The translations under genes and the position numbers were made by a program. A model generated the notes under the pieces. The model was not told the DNA's origin. It searched no databases and was given only the letters and a program-made list of their open reading frames with translations. Shown here piece by piece: positions 47,822 through 59,135 of a DNA stretch of 64,000 nucleotides. Each line of letters opens with the position of its first letter. Within the stretch, counting starts at the first letter, position 1. The stretch is from Alloascoidea hylecoeti (lineage: Eukaryota), in NCBI GenBank assembly GCA_001600815.1, contig BCKZ01000013.1:286478-350477 (forward strand), given 5' to 3'.

Positions 47822-49585
47822 ATGACCAACACTACTGGTAGTGGTATTAAAACTGCAGGTGGTAATGCTGCTTTCCACAACTTTATCAACGATTTCGCAG
47901 ATGTTGAAGACCCTTTGGAGAGAAGAAGATTAGCTCTTGAGAAAATCGATAATGCTTCATTTTCATGGTACCANGTTAGAGCCATTACTGTTGCAGGGGT
48001 CGGGTTTTTAACCGATTCTTANGATATTTTCGCTATTAATCTTGCAGTCACAATGTTAGGTTATGTCTATTGGGGTGGTTCAGTTGGTGGGAAAGGCAAA
48101 CCACCCACCTCAACTACAACTTTATTGAAAGTCTCAACTTCAGTTGGAACAGTTATTGGTCAANTTNGTTTTGGAGCTCTTGGTGATATCTTGGGTCGTA
48201 AGAAAATCTATGGTGTTGAACTTATTATTATCATCGTTGCTACTATCGGTCAAACCATGATGGGTACATCTGAGGGTTTGAACTTTGTTGCATTACTTAC
48301 ATTCTGGCGTATAATTATGGGTATTGGTATTGGTGGTGATTATCCATTATCTTCTATCATCACATCCGAATTTGCTACAACTAAATGGAGAGGTGCAATG
48401 ATGGGTGCTGTATTTGCAAATCAAGGTTGGGGTCAATTATTCGCTGGTATTGTTGCACTTGTTTGTGTTAGAGGCTGGAAAGGTTCACTTGAACCATACA
48501 AAGATGCTACAGTATGTATCGGGCCTTGTGTCAAAGCAATTGATCAAATGTGGAGAGTTTTAGTTGGATTTGGATGTGTTCCAGCTGTTTTGGCTTTATA
48601 CTACCGTTTGACTATCCCTGAAACTCCAAGATTTACTTTCGATGTTTCCAAGGATTTAGAAAAAGCTGCTATGGATATTGAACAATACACTGCTGGCAAA
48701 TATGGAGATGCTCCTAAGAAGGACATCGAGGAAATCAGGACTACACTTGATATTCCACACCCTGAGATTGAAGAATTACCAAAAGCCTCTTTTAAAGATT
48801 TTTGCAGACATTTCGGTCAATGGAAACATGGTAAGATTTTAATAGGTACTGCCATGTCTTGGTTATTTTTAGATATTGCATTTTACGGTCTTGGTTTGAA
48901 TTCTGCTGTCATTTTACAAACTATTGGTTACGCTTCTAAAGACAATGTCTATAAAAGATTGTATGATGTCTGTGCCGGTAATCTAATTCTAATCTGTGCT
49001 GGATCAATCCCAGGTTATTGGTTAGCCGTATTAACTCTTGATACCGTTGGTCGTAAACCATTACAAATTGCAGGATTTACAATCTTAACGGTTATATTTT
49101 GCGTTATTGGCTTTGCATACCATAAATTGTCAGATCATGGTCTACTTGCTTTATACATTTTAGCCCAACTTTTTCAAAATTGGGGACCAAATACAACTAC
49201 ATTTATTCTTCCAGGTGAATGCTTTCCAACAAGATATAGATCCACAGCACATGGTATATCAGCTGCATCAGGTAAAGTAGGTGCTATTATCGCACAGGCT
49301 GCTTTAGGTACTTTGATCAATCATAATTGTCCTGCAGATAAACCCAACTGTTGGTTGAATCATGTAATGGAAATCTTTGCTCTCTTCATGTTCTTAGGTA
49401 TTTTCACATCTTTCCTTATTCCAGAAACCAAACGAGAAACATTAGAAGATCTTTGTGAAAGATTACATGGAGAAGTTAATACTGCTAGAAGACCTGCAGG
49501 TGTTGCAGGGGATGATATTGTACGTGGACAAAATGTCTCTGTCAGTAATACATCGGATGCATCTGAAGAGAAGCCATCTGCATAA
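47822..49585 (+). CDS. PHO84: High-affinity phosphate:H+ symporter (MFS), copy b
   Basis: Same motifs as copy a; differs at N-terminus (MTNTTGSG) and loop GKGKPPTSTTT. Confidence 0.97.
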   Translation: MTNTTGSGIKTAGGNAAFHNFINDFADVEDPLERRRLALEKIDNASFSWYXVRAITVAGVGFLTDSXDIFAINLAVTMLGYVYWGGSVGGKGKPPTSTTTLLKVSTSVGTVIGQXXFGALGDILGRKKIYGVELIIIIVATIGQTMMGTSEGLNFVALLTFWRIIMGIGIGGDYPLSSIITSEFATTKWRGAMMGAVFANQGWGQLFAGIVALVCVRGWKGSLEPYKDATVCIGPCVKAIDQMWRVLVGFGCVPAVLALYYRLTIPETPRFTFDVSKDLEKAAMDIEQYTAGKYGDAPKKDIEEIRTTLDIPHPEIEELPKASFKDFCRHFGQWKHGKILIGTAMSWLFLDIAFYGLGLNSAVILQTIGYASKDNVYKRLYDVCAGNLILICAGSIPGYWLAVLTLDTVGRKPLQIAGFTILTVIFCVIGFAYHKLSDHGLLALYILAQLFQNWGPNTTTFILPGECFPTRYRSTAHGISAASGKVGAIIAQAALGTLINHNCPADKPNCWLNHVMEIFALFMFLGIFTSFLIPETKRETLEDLCERLHGEVNTARRPAGVAGDDIVRGQNVSVSNTSDASEEKPSA

Positions 49586-49904
49586 CATAATATCTAGTAT
49601 CTAATAGTTTTTGAAAATTTAAATGATTGGACTAGTAATGTTTTTTTTCGATATGTTGTTTGTGTTTAGATGTGGTATAATAATTAAATTAAAGTAATAA
49701 ATAAAGCTTTTGTTCATATAAAGATACGAGTAAAGTACATTGCGTTTTACTTTATAATTAGATTTTTTTAAACTACGTTTTTTACAACCATGGTTTAAGC
49801 TTACAATGACTTTTCCTGTTAACTACAGTATTTAGTTATATTTAAGCTTTCAATTGATTTGATTTTTGCCAAGAGGATTATCTGCTTTTTGTAATTTCAT
49901 CAAC

Positions 49905-50050
49905 CAATACTTCTGATTATGATGTACCTGAAGAGAAGATATCTACATAATATCTAGTAGTATTTGGAACTGAACTCTAACTTATTGGACTATAGTTACA
50001 TTTTTTTATGATCGTTGTTGTATTTTGATATAGTGGGTTATAATTAAGAT
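49905..50050 (+). pseudogene. Degenerate relic of PHO84 3' end and terminator
   Basis: GATGTACCTGAAGAGAAGATATCTACATAATATCTAGTA..ATTGGACTA resembles 49556-49640. Confidence 0.65.
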
Positions 50051-52240
50051 TTCAATTGATTCAGTTTTCCTTAAAGATCTTGATAATCAATTTAACATTA
50101 CGATATTAGAGATTACTAGTTTTTTTTTATTTATCGTTTCTGGTTGAGAGATCATATGCCGTTTTTTCTATTAGCACTATCTATCTACAATTTCAATTTT
50201 AAAATTTAACTACGAAAATAACGTTATATGTACCTGTATCCCATTGAGGCAACAATCCATATTCGTAAATATATGATCCCCGCGATTAGGTATTCTGAAT
50301 AGAGCTCGAGGCACAAGCTTAAGTATAATGTTGGGTATCTGCCGAAACCTTATAAGTTCACACAAGATTATGAAATTTGTAAACATAATTCCATATGTAT
50401 TTTAAGACTCGATTCAATATATATATAGCTATATTTCAATTCATTCTTTGCGTATATCGTTGGGTTTCACATTCGTTAAAGACGTATAAACCCTTGAATT
50501 TTTAGAAGGACTTCATGGCCAATTCAAAAGCGTTCTACGTATTGTAGCCAAACTGCTGAAACTATTATTTCTGTCCTAATATTTACTTTAATATTCTCTT
50601 AGTTCAGCTGTTTCAAAACCTAAGGCTGATACCTCCAAAACTCTTAACTGTCCAAAATTTCAATTAATTACACCAGCAATATTATACAGTCTTTCGGAAA
50701 TAATTATGGAATGTGATTATCATGAGAATTAAAAAAGGAGCTATTACAGAGGCCAAATTGGTATAGAACAATTGGACGAATTTAAAGACACCCCAATCTT
50801 TCTACACTAGAACCATTTATATTGTGAATTTAGTCTACTTGTTTGGTGAGCCTATCTAGTAGCCATCAAGTAAGTTATTTTCAAATAATACCAACTGTTT
50901 GGTCAATGTTTTGGTCTTTTTTTGTTTTGTGTTTTGCTTTGTGTTTTGCTTTGTGTTCAACTCAGTTCATAATTAGCTGTAGCACTTCAATTTTGTAAGT
51001 GTAGCGTTGGGAATGAAAAATTAAGGATTATACAGGAATTAAAATTTAAGGAATGTTTAGTTTCCATTCACTTATTACCTGTTGCATGTTGAGTCTAACA
51101 AGGTATACTTGTATTATATATAATGAGTGAATTTCAAACTTATACCAAATGTTCTTCATACATCATCTGCACAAATTAATCGGAAACACCTTAATTCCGG
51201 TAATTGGAACAACATTTTAATAATTCTGAATAAGAAACCTTCGGTATATATAGGGACTTGAAAATCGCCAAATACCAAGTAATCGAATGTTTTACATATT
51301 TCTACCAAAGGTTGTTCTACCACCATTTTTAGGATGTGACGAAAATAAGTAAAATGAATCCTACTTAATATGAATATTAAAACACAGGAAAGTTAAACGA
51401 AACCTAAATGTCCTTTGAACATTTTATACATGAATTGATTATTGAAATTGAAGCTATAATATACACCGTTGGAAAAATTTAGATCCATGCAAAGTCACCT
51501 CCATGCGTTGTCGTCATGCCTGAATATGATAAATTTAAATCTCACGTTTGAGTCCATCCGTATCGCAGGACGGAACGAGATATTCGGATTTAGAATTCGG
51601 TTGGCATTTTACGAGTTTTCGGTTCGGATTGCAAAATTTATTATTATTAAAATTTATTAAATATTATATAAAATATATAATTAAATAGATATATACGTGG
51701 CTTCAAAAATCCCCAAATTTAACCGCATTTACCTAAACACACCGAACAAAATGATATCGACATTGTTAACACGAACATATACCTCCTTGAATTCATCTGC
51801 GATTGAAAGTATGAATCTACTGAAATTAAATCAACCAACAATTACCTAAACAGTTTTATTTGATCGTTAGATGATATCGATATTGATAATCACGCATATA
51901 TAGAACATACCCCTTATTTATTCTTGATAAGCTTCGAGAACTCAAAACATTCCTTGTCCAACTGCGACTAATGAAACTTTAAAATCTATTTGAAATTAAA
52001 TTAACAGAACCACATGAATTAAACATTAGAAGATGCGAGCTGTATAAGAAATTTAAGAAACTTATTTCTTAANAATATAATAAATTGTGAACATTCGAAC
52101 GTAAGAAACAATTTTTGGATGTTGTGAGTAAGAAGAATGAATAAAATTTTCCAAAAAGAAAATTTAAAGCTTCCAAACACCCTTACACCCGAAAGTACTA
52201 ATTAAACTTAAACTTAAATAAGTGTCCAACAACAATAATA

Positions 52241-52630
52241 ATGGACTTGTATCATCAATGGCAAGCTCGTAAACTTGAGGAAAAGAGAGCTCGTGGAAGA
52301 ATAAACAAGGCTCGGGAACGTAAAAGAAAGCAATTAAAACCCACCATTACACTCACATATTCAGTCAATACAATCATCGACCCGTCACCAAGCACCAGTG
52401 CTAATCAAAGATTCCCATCCACCATTGAAGCGCCCCAAAATATGCAGGGCCCGAACCCAATTGAAGTATCAAATATGGGAAATGTAATTGGGCTCGACAC
52501 TTCAACGGTTAACTGGCACCAAGCCTTTCCCAATTTTGTTAATGAAGACGAATTGGAGGCAGAAGCTATGGATGCTGATGAGTCCGAAGACGAACTGGAA
52601 CCTGAAGAATTGTATGGTCCGCCTAAATAG
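52241..52630 (+). CDS. Hypothetical 129-aa protein (basic N-terminus, acidic C-terminus)
   Basis: ATG in A-rich context, coding-like composition, no recognised family. Confidence 0.4.
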   Translation: MDLYHQWQARKLEEKRARGRINKARERKRKQLKPTITLTYSVNTIIDPSPSTSANQRFPSTIEAPQNMQGPNPIEVSNMGNVIGLDTSTVNWHQAFPNFVNEDELEAEAMDADESEDELEPEELYGPPK

Positions 52631-53528
52631 AGAAACTTATAACCAAAAGTAGTAATAAGCACTTTCGTTATAATTTGTCACCAACACTCACTGTGCCGGA
52701 AGCAGCAGTAATAGAACCAATATATACTCTTAGAGTTCTTTGATTTTTATCGATTTAACAACTTAGCCATAATTCGTAGTTTATATTTTTGCTCATGTAA
52801 AATAGTACTAGTCTGCAAAATCAATTACGGAAAACTAATTGCTGTCCAATTCCGGAATAGCTGATATTTTCTTAAGAAAGTCGCCATTTTCAAAGTATAC
52901 TGAAACCGAACGTTCGAACCATTATATAATATTAATAAAGTGTAAAGTTAGCCGGAAAGAAACTGATTAATTACACGGATACATTAAATAAAAAAACGGT
53001 AAAAAATCCGAATATAAATGTTTTCTACTACAGTACTGCTACGTTACTTAGTCCAAAATGCCGAATGCCGCAAAAAGTAGGGGGAAATTCCCCGGATAGC
53101 ACTCCATTTATGTACTCTCGCACTAATTTACCTTACCACTGCATCTGAAAGTGATTTATTGGCTCCATTTGGAAAGCTCTTGCAGATAATCACAGTTTCA
53201 TTAAAATATCCTTGCATTTTAATCAAAACATCCTTGTTAAATTGAGAATTTTGCATATTTCACTGTTTCTGAGTAAATTGGTGTTCTTAACTATGGTAAA
53301 CTTTTCAGATTTTTCCAACGGTGTATAAGTACTTCTTATGATTATAATGAGAATATTATATATTAAGACTTCTATAACTAGCCCAATCTAACTAGTTATA
53401 AGTCTAAAAAGTGGGGAATTCTATACATATATTTACATTTAATAGCTACAAACCCAATAAATAATATCTAAGATCTTACATACTAGTTGTATAAGTATAT
53501 GAATTTGTAGGATCTAATTGTGAGGGGG

Positions 53529-55403
53529 TTAACCAGAAAACATGACCCCTTCTCTAACTTGGAATCCTAAAGTTTTTGCCTGTTTAATCATTTGTCTTTC
53601 AATGATCTCTTCAAGACCAGGAGAATCTTCACCAAGTATAAATTGCTTAAATCTTATGAAATAAAATATTATATCTGACACAAGTAATGTTAATCTATAA
53701 GCAGAAAAATGAAACCAAGCGTTTAAATATAGAGATAACTTTTTTGATACTTTATCAGTTTTTATAATTTTATTTAATAATTCAGCTTTATTTGATTCTT
53801 CAGTTGCTTTTAATGCCATTATTTTAATTCTATTAACAGGTGAATACATTAATCGATTAACACCTTGTAACATATTCATTGTTCTACCTAAAAAAATTAA
53901 TTCCAATGGAACTTTTGCAGTATCTTTTATAAAATTTTTAAATTGTCTTCTTAATATAACTTGTTTTTCTAAATTTGATAATCTTTCTAATTTTAACATT
54001 TGTGAATTTGTTTTTGATGAATATGGTCTTAATAAAACCATCGATCCAAATATATCTGGGGATCCAATGCCCCATTTATGTGCAATTTTTGTAATTTCTT
54101 TATGATCTAATTTGAATAAAGATTTCCATAAATCACAGTATTCTTTTCTAAATTCTTTTGGTATTCTGACATAAAGGCCATGATCTAATAGAACTACTTG
54201 TGTTCCACCATATTTATTTCTTCGGATTATCATATTTCCAGGGTGTGGATCACAATGAATGACACCCCATTCAAAAATTTGTTTACTAAATAATCGAAGA
54301 ATAGTAGTCATGATATCTTGATAACTAAAGTTTTGTCTTCTTAATTGTTTTAAATCTTTTAAAGGAACACCATCGATCCATTCAGTAACCATTACACGAT
54401 CAGTTGAATATTCTTCATAAACTTTTGGAATATGAACTTTTTCTTTAAGACGAGATGAAGATGAATTTTTAATTAAATTTTCCATTTCAATACTATTTTG
54501 TGCTTCATTTTTAAATTCACTTTCTTTTTTCAGTTGATCTGATATATATTTAGTTGCAAATCTTGTTGGTAAATCAAACATTATTTCATAAATTAACATA
54601 ATCATTCTGTAAGTTAATAAATCAGTATTCATCTGTTTTTTAATATAAGCATGTTGAACTTTTACAGCAACTGAATCACCACTTTTTAATTTTGCTTTAT
54701 GAACTTGTGCAATACTTGCAGATGCAAAAGATCTTGAATCAATATACTCAAATACATCTTCAGGTGCTTGACCTAATTCTTGATGAATTGTATTTGAAAT
54801 TTCTTTCCATGAATCTTGTGGAGCGCCATCGAATAAGATTGCAAATTTTTCTTGAAAAGCTGGTGGGAATATAGCTGATTGAACGGCCATTGCCTGACCA
54901 ATTTTAATATACAGACCTTTATTTTTAACTAATAAACCATATAATCTTTTAGCATTTCTCTCATGTAATTTATCAATATCATAGTCCTCAACAAAATTAA
55001 TTTTATAATCTATCGCAATTGTAATTAAAACAATAAAACTTCTGATTGTTCTTGTGATTGTTGATGCATTAAAGTATTTGTCTGTCCAATATCCAACAAT
55101 CCCTACACCACCAATGAAAAGTAGTCTCCGGCTCCATCGATGAAGCCGTTCATACCTGTACCAATAAGGAGTTGGCTCAATAAAACTCGAATGAATAGCA
55201 GTAAGAGGCTGAAATTCTCCTTTTGTGGAATTTTGAGTGGTGGCGCCCAATGGAAATCTTTTGAACGGGGTTACCTGGTTTAATATACGAGAATCATTGA
55301 AATGTGAAGGACAAGATGTTGAAAAAAAAGTTCCTCGTAATCTTTGTTTCTGATATACTCCATTAGAGACCCGAGCTCTCAAAGGCAAATATATCTTTAA
55401 CAT
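53529..55403 (-). CDS. MCP2: Mitochondrial ABC1/UbiB atypical kinase (Mcp2/Cqd2, ADCK1-like)
   Basis: GLYIKIGQ, SASIAQVHKA, VAVKVQH, HCDPHPGN, LLDHGLY; Arg-rich targeting-like N-terminus; ATG at 55403. Confidence 0.85.
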   Translation of the reverse strand: MLKIYLPLRARVSNGVYQKQRLRGTFFSTSCPSHFNDSRILNQVTPFKRFPLGATTQNSTKGEFQPLTAIHSSFIEPTPYWYRYERLHRWSRRLLFIGGVGIVGYWTDKYFNASTITRTIRSFIVLITIAIDYKINFVEDYDIDKLHERNAKRLYGLLVKNKGLYIKIGQAMAVQSAIFPPAFQEKFAILFDGAPQDSWKEISNTIHQELGQAPEDVFEYIDSRSFASASIAQVHKAKLKSGDSVAVKVQHAYIKKQMNTDLLTYRMIMLIYEIMFDLPTRFATKYISDQLKKESEFKNEAQNSIEMENLIKNSSSSRLKEKVHIPKVYEEYSTDRVMVTEWIDGVPLKDLKQLRRQNFSYQDIMTTILRLFSKQIFEWGVIHCDPHPGNMIIRRNKYGGTQVVLLDHGLYVRIPKEFRKEYCDLWKSLFKLDHKEITKIAHKWGIGSPDIFGSMVLLRPYSSKTNSQMLKLERLSNLEKQVILRRQFKNFIKDTAKVPLELIFLGRTMNMLQGVNRLMYSPVNRIKIMALKATEESNKAELLNKIIKTDKVSKKLSLYLNAWFHFSAYRLTLLVSDIIFYFIRFKQFILGEDSPGLEEIIERQMIKQAKTLGFQVREGVMFSG

Positions 55404-55460
55404 TTTCAAGATTTATCAAATATAAATAGCTTATAAAGTGGAAGGTTTAAATATAAAAAT

Positions 55461-55690
55461 GCACGTGAACCTCTTTTATATTTACAATAGAAATCGCCGA
55501 TTGCTTATTAAGTTAAGAATTGATTGACTCATATTTTTAACTTAATTATTCTAGTTTACTTCTCAACACTTTTTTATCATTTAATCTAAATTATTTAACA
55601 AAAATTTAAGCCACTTTTCAACAGTTTTGGAACAATTTTCCAACATTTTTTACCGTTTTGGGAATCAACTTTTCATTTTGTTGCACGTGA
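55461..55690. promoter_or_regulatory. Two GCACGTGA E-boxes (Cbf1-type TCACGTG on the minus strand) in the divergent MCP2/eIF3f promoter
   Basis: CACGTG at 55462-55467 and 55684-55689. Confidence 0.45.
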
Positions 55691-55796
55691 GTATATCAGA
55701 CCCACATATACACGTACATTCTCAAATATACGCCACACAATCCAAGCAATTTTTTGTTTTTTGTCAAACCTTCAACATCGCTCACAAATTATTAGT

Positions 55797-56714
55797 ATGT
55801 CCGATTTCCTACACTTGACAAGGCCTAGTGCCCCAGGAGAGCTTTCCAGCTTTGTTCCTGGTCCTATTACTGCAAATGTAGAAGCACAGGCTCTTTTTGC
55901 CATATTGGAACATTCCCTACGCGCTTCAAAGAATCAGAAACGTGTTATTGGTACTTTATTAGGATCAAGATCAGAAGATGGAAGTGAGATTGAGATTCGT
56001 AATTCATATGCTGTTTCACATGAAGAAAGTGACAATGAAGTCATTATAGATGAAGATCGTCATAGAAGCTTATATCTTTTACACCGAAAAGCAAATCCAA
56101 AGGATGTTATTGTTGGTTGGTATTCAACGAGTCCTAAACTTGATTCTTTTTCAGGTTTAATTCATGGTTTTTATTGTTCACAAGTTGAAGGAGTCTATTC
56201 ATATCCACCAATTCATTTAACAATTCAAACTGAAGATAATAAAGAATCTGCAATCATTCCAAAAATTAAGACATTTATTTCATCGCCAATTGGTATTAAT
56301 TCTGAGAGAACCGGCTCATATTTCTTCAATCCAATTCCAAATAAAATTAGTTACAATGATTTAGAAAAACTTAGTCTTGATTATATATCACAAGCACAAC
56401 AGGATTTAACAACACATAAATCTAAAATTATTAATAATGATTTATCAAATTTAACTGAATCATTTGAAAAGATTGAATCATATATTGATACTATCCAAGA
56501 ATATGTTGAAAAAGTGATTTCTGGTGAAATTAAAGGTGATGATAAATTAGGTAGATTTTTATTATCGAATTTATATTTAACACCTTCTGTTTCAAAAGAA
56601 AATTTGGAAACTGTTTTCAATTCTCATATTCAAGACTTATTAATGGTTGAATATCTAGCTGCTACTATTAAAACTCAATTACAATTAAGCAGTAAATTAA
56701 CAACCTTGATCTAA
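55797..56714 (+). CDS. Translation initiation factor eIF3 subunit F (MPN domain)
   Basis: ALFAILEHSLR..RVIGTLLG.RSEDG.E.EIRNSYAV.H.E, VGWYST, FNSHIQDLLMV.YLA.TIKTQ; ATG at 55797. Confidence 0.92.
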   Translation: MSDFLHLTRPSAPGELSSFVPGPITANVEAQALFAILEHSLRASKNQKRVIGTLLGSRSEDGSEIEIRNSYAVSHEESDNEVIIDEDRHRSLYLLHRKANPKDVIVGWYSTSPKLDSFSGLIHGFYCSQVEGVYSYPPIHLTIQTEDNKESAIIPKIKTFISSPIGINSERTGSYFFNPIPNKISYNDLEKLSLDYISQAQQDLTTHKSKIINNDLSNLTESFEKIESYIDTIQEYVEKVISGEIKGDDKLGRFLLSNLYLTPSVSKENLETVFNSHIQDLLMVEYLAATIKTQLQLSSKLTTLI

Positions 56715-57949
56715 GAACTTAGTTAGAATTAGAACAAAATGTATTTAATGGAAATATGAAATTATATTAACTATCTTCAGATAATCATGTTGGATTTGTT
56801 TTATTTTGATCTTAATGATGTGTATTGTAAGAAATTTATGTCAAAATGTTAATGTAAAAATATGTTGTATTCTCACAGCTGCAACAACAAAATATATTTT
56901 GCTGAACTTCGGTGGGGATATTCAAAAACATCTTCAAAAGGGAAATGCTGTTCTTTAAGAAAATTGCAAGAGTGAAATATATCAGCTGGAGCCTGTATTG
57001 TAACAGGATATCACTATAAGTTTAAAAGCAGATCTGAGAGAAGGAATCTGAAATTAATAAATTAATATTCATCAGTGAAATCTGGGTTATCTTATAACTT
57101 TACAATAATCTCTAGATGACAATATTCGTTGATGAATCTTCGGTGACCGGATTGAAATATTTCGTTATATGATAAAAATAATCGACAAAAATCTCAAAAC
57201 TTTCGTAAGAATGGCCAGACTGATAAATCTTCAGTAAATATATGAGCAAGAGATTTAGAGCAGATTCTAGAATGTGAACTGGTCCACATACCCTCAAGTT
57301 AAGATTCATTACCAGAGTGACAAAACTTCTCATTTGCACTGCCAAGTTTTACGCAACTTTCCGACCGAATATTCCTTATTTTAGCGAAAGATTTATGCTC
57401 TTTTTGCGATAATATGTACTAACCGGTATCAAAACTATTTACTAAATTTAACAGTAATTAGCCCTCCGTACTGCTCGGTTACCACATTTAGCAGCGATAT
57501 ATTACCCTTTGATCGCATTTACAGACTACCAGCGTTTTAAAGAATTTACTTAAATAACTCCCTGACAATACTTTGTATCGTCACTATCGTATATCAGTAA
57601 ATCTAATGGTCTGCAATATTAGAGTGCCGGGTCTACTACAATGTATGTAGCTCTGGAAATACGAGGAGGCAGGTACCGTTGTGTATAATATTACAATAAT
57701 AGCTCCAATAAATTGTTACCCCCGCCCCCCAAATATCTTTGGAGTTGATTATATATTAAATTACCAATTGTGCACCTTTATTTATTTAAATGCAATTATA
57801 ATCTTTTGTATTAAAGCCAGCCTGTCCTATTATATAGACAATTGTATTAGGTTATAAAAGGCCCTCATATATCCTTTTTTAACTGAATCATATCAGTGTC
57901 TGTATATATTCAAAACAATTAAACTGACAATTGTATAATAAAACGAAAA

Positions 57950-58861
57950 ATGATCCAAATAGTTCAGCCTCAATCTCTCCTCTTCATAGCTTTCTTGTTT
58001 ATCTCAATATTTACCTCTAACGCAGAAACTACAACTCAGGAATTCGCACCAATCGCTACAGATGCAGTTAATTTTGATGTTCAATATATTGCTACCTCTT
58101 ACTCTACTGTCGTTGTAGCTGCTAATGGTTGTACCACTACTCCAGTTGTAGTTATAGCTTTAGTCACTTCTACAACTTATCAAGGGCAATGGGCTTCGTT
58201 TACCAGTACTACTACTGTTGGTGTAGGAGAAGTAGCTGGCGAAACCTATAATGAAGCCTGTGGTTGTACCGTCACCACCTACTCTGGAGGATGGGTCAAT
58301 ACTTATGTTTCTGAAACCAGCGTTGTTGCTACTGCTGATGCTACTACCTGGGGTTATTATTGGAATGATGCTACTACCACTACTAGTAGTACCACTCAAC
58401 AATGGCAAACAGTACCAACTACAACTTCCACCTCCCAAGAATGGATAGCAACCACTACAAATGTTGCCCCTTCAACTATAACAACTGTTACATGTGAACG
58501 TTGCCATGATCAAGAAACTTCAGTTAGTACGATATCAGTTGTCACAGAAACGTCTAGCACAGCTGTAGAAACTGGGAAAACGACGTCTACTAGCACTCAT
58601 ACAGCTGGCACCATATCTACTACTGGTTCAGAAGATACTACAACGGTAATTGTTTCGGTGGTAACTAATACGGAAGGTTCACCTATTTCAACGCTTCAAA
58701 GTGTCACATTGACAGGAGAAGCAGTTACGACAACACTTTTATTTGCTAATTCAGCTAATAATGTTAAACCAAATATGTTGCCTGGATATATACCGTTTGG
58801 TGTTTCTAGTTGTATAATGTCTCTTGGTTTCATTGCTACTATATTTATTCTTTTTATTTGA
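57950..58861 (+). CDS. Thr-rich putative GPI-anchored cell-wall protein
   Basis: Signal peptide, T/S/V-rich with Cys and Trp motifs, ANSAN omega-like site plus hydrophobic tail. Confidence 0.8.
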   Translation: MIQIVQPQSLLFIAFLFISIFTSNAETTTQEFAPIATDAVNFDVQYIATSYSTVVVAANGCTTTPVVVIALVTSTTYQGQWASFTSTTTVGVGEVAGETYNEACGCTVTTYSGGWVNTYVSETSVVATADATTWGYYWNDATTTTSSTTQQWQTVPTTTSTSQEWIATTTNVAPSTITTVTCERCHDQETSVSTISVVTETSSTAVETGKTTSTSTHTAGTISTTGSEDTTTVIVSVVTNTEGSPISTLQSVTLTGEAVTTTLLFANSANNVKPNMLPGYIPFGVSSCIMSLGFIATIFILFI

Positions 58862-59135
58862 ACTCGCATTAACTTTATGGGAAAAAAAATGTTTTTAAAT
58901 GAAATGTTCATGTTCATATCTTGTTTTAGTTTAAACTTTTGCACCATTTATATATCTGCTATACTATCATTCATTTCTATGGCGTTTATAATATATTTTT
59001 TATTATCATCAAAATAACAAGTAGGTAAATAAATAGAGAAATAACTCTTTGAAAATATTTATTATATGTATCATTAGTCATATATCTTTTGTCAAATAAG
59101 TTTTGAGAAAATAAATTCACCTCTTTATAAAGTGA

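Larger units (their letters stand above)
44430..47973. repeat. Apparently exact 1722-bp direct duplication (44430-46151 = 46252-47973) around a 100-N gap; probable assembly duplication of the PHO84 intergenic unitig
   Basis: Offset 1822; both ends coincide with the first ambiguous base of PHO84. Confidence 0.85.
42766..49637. repeat. Large inverted repeat formed by the two PHO84 genes and ~50 bp of 3' flank
   Basis: Mirror symmetry (paired coordinates sum to 92403), including stop codons and four N sites. Confidence 0.9.
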
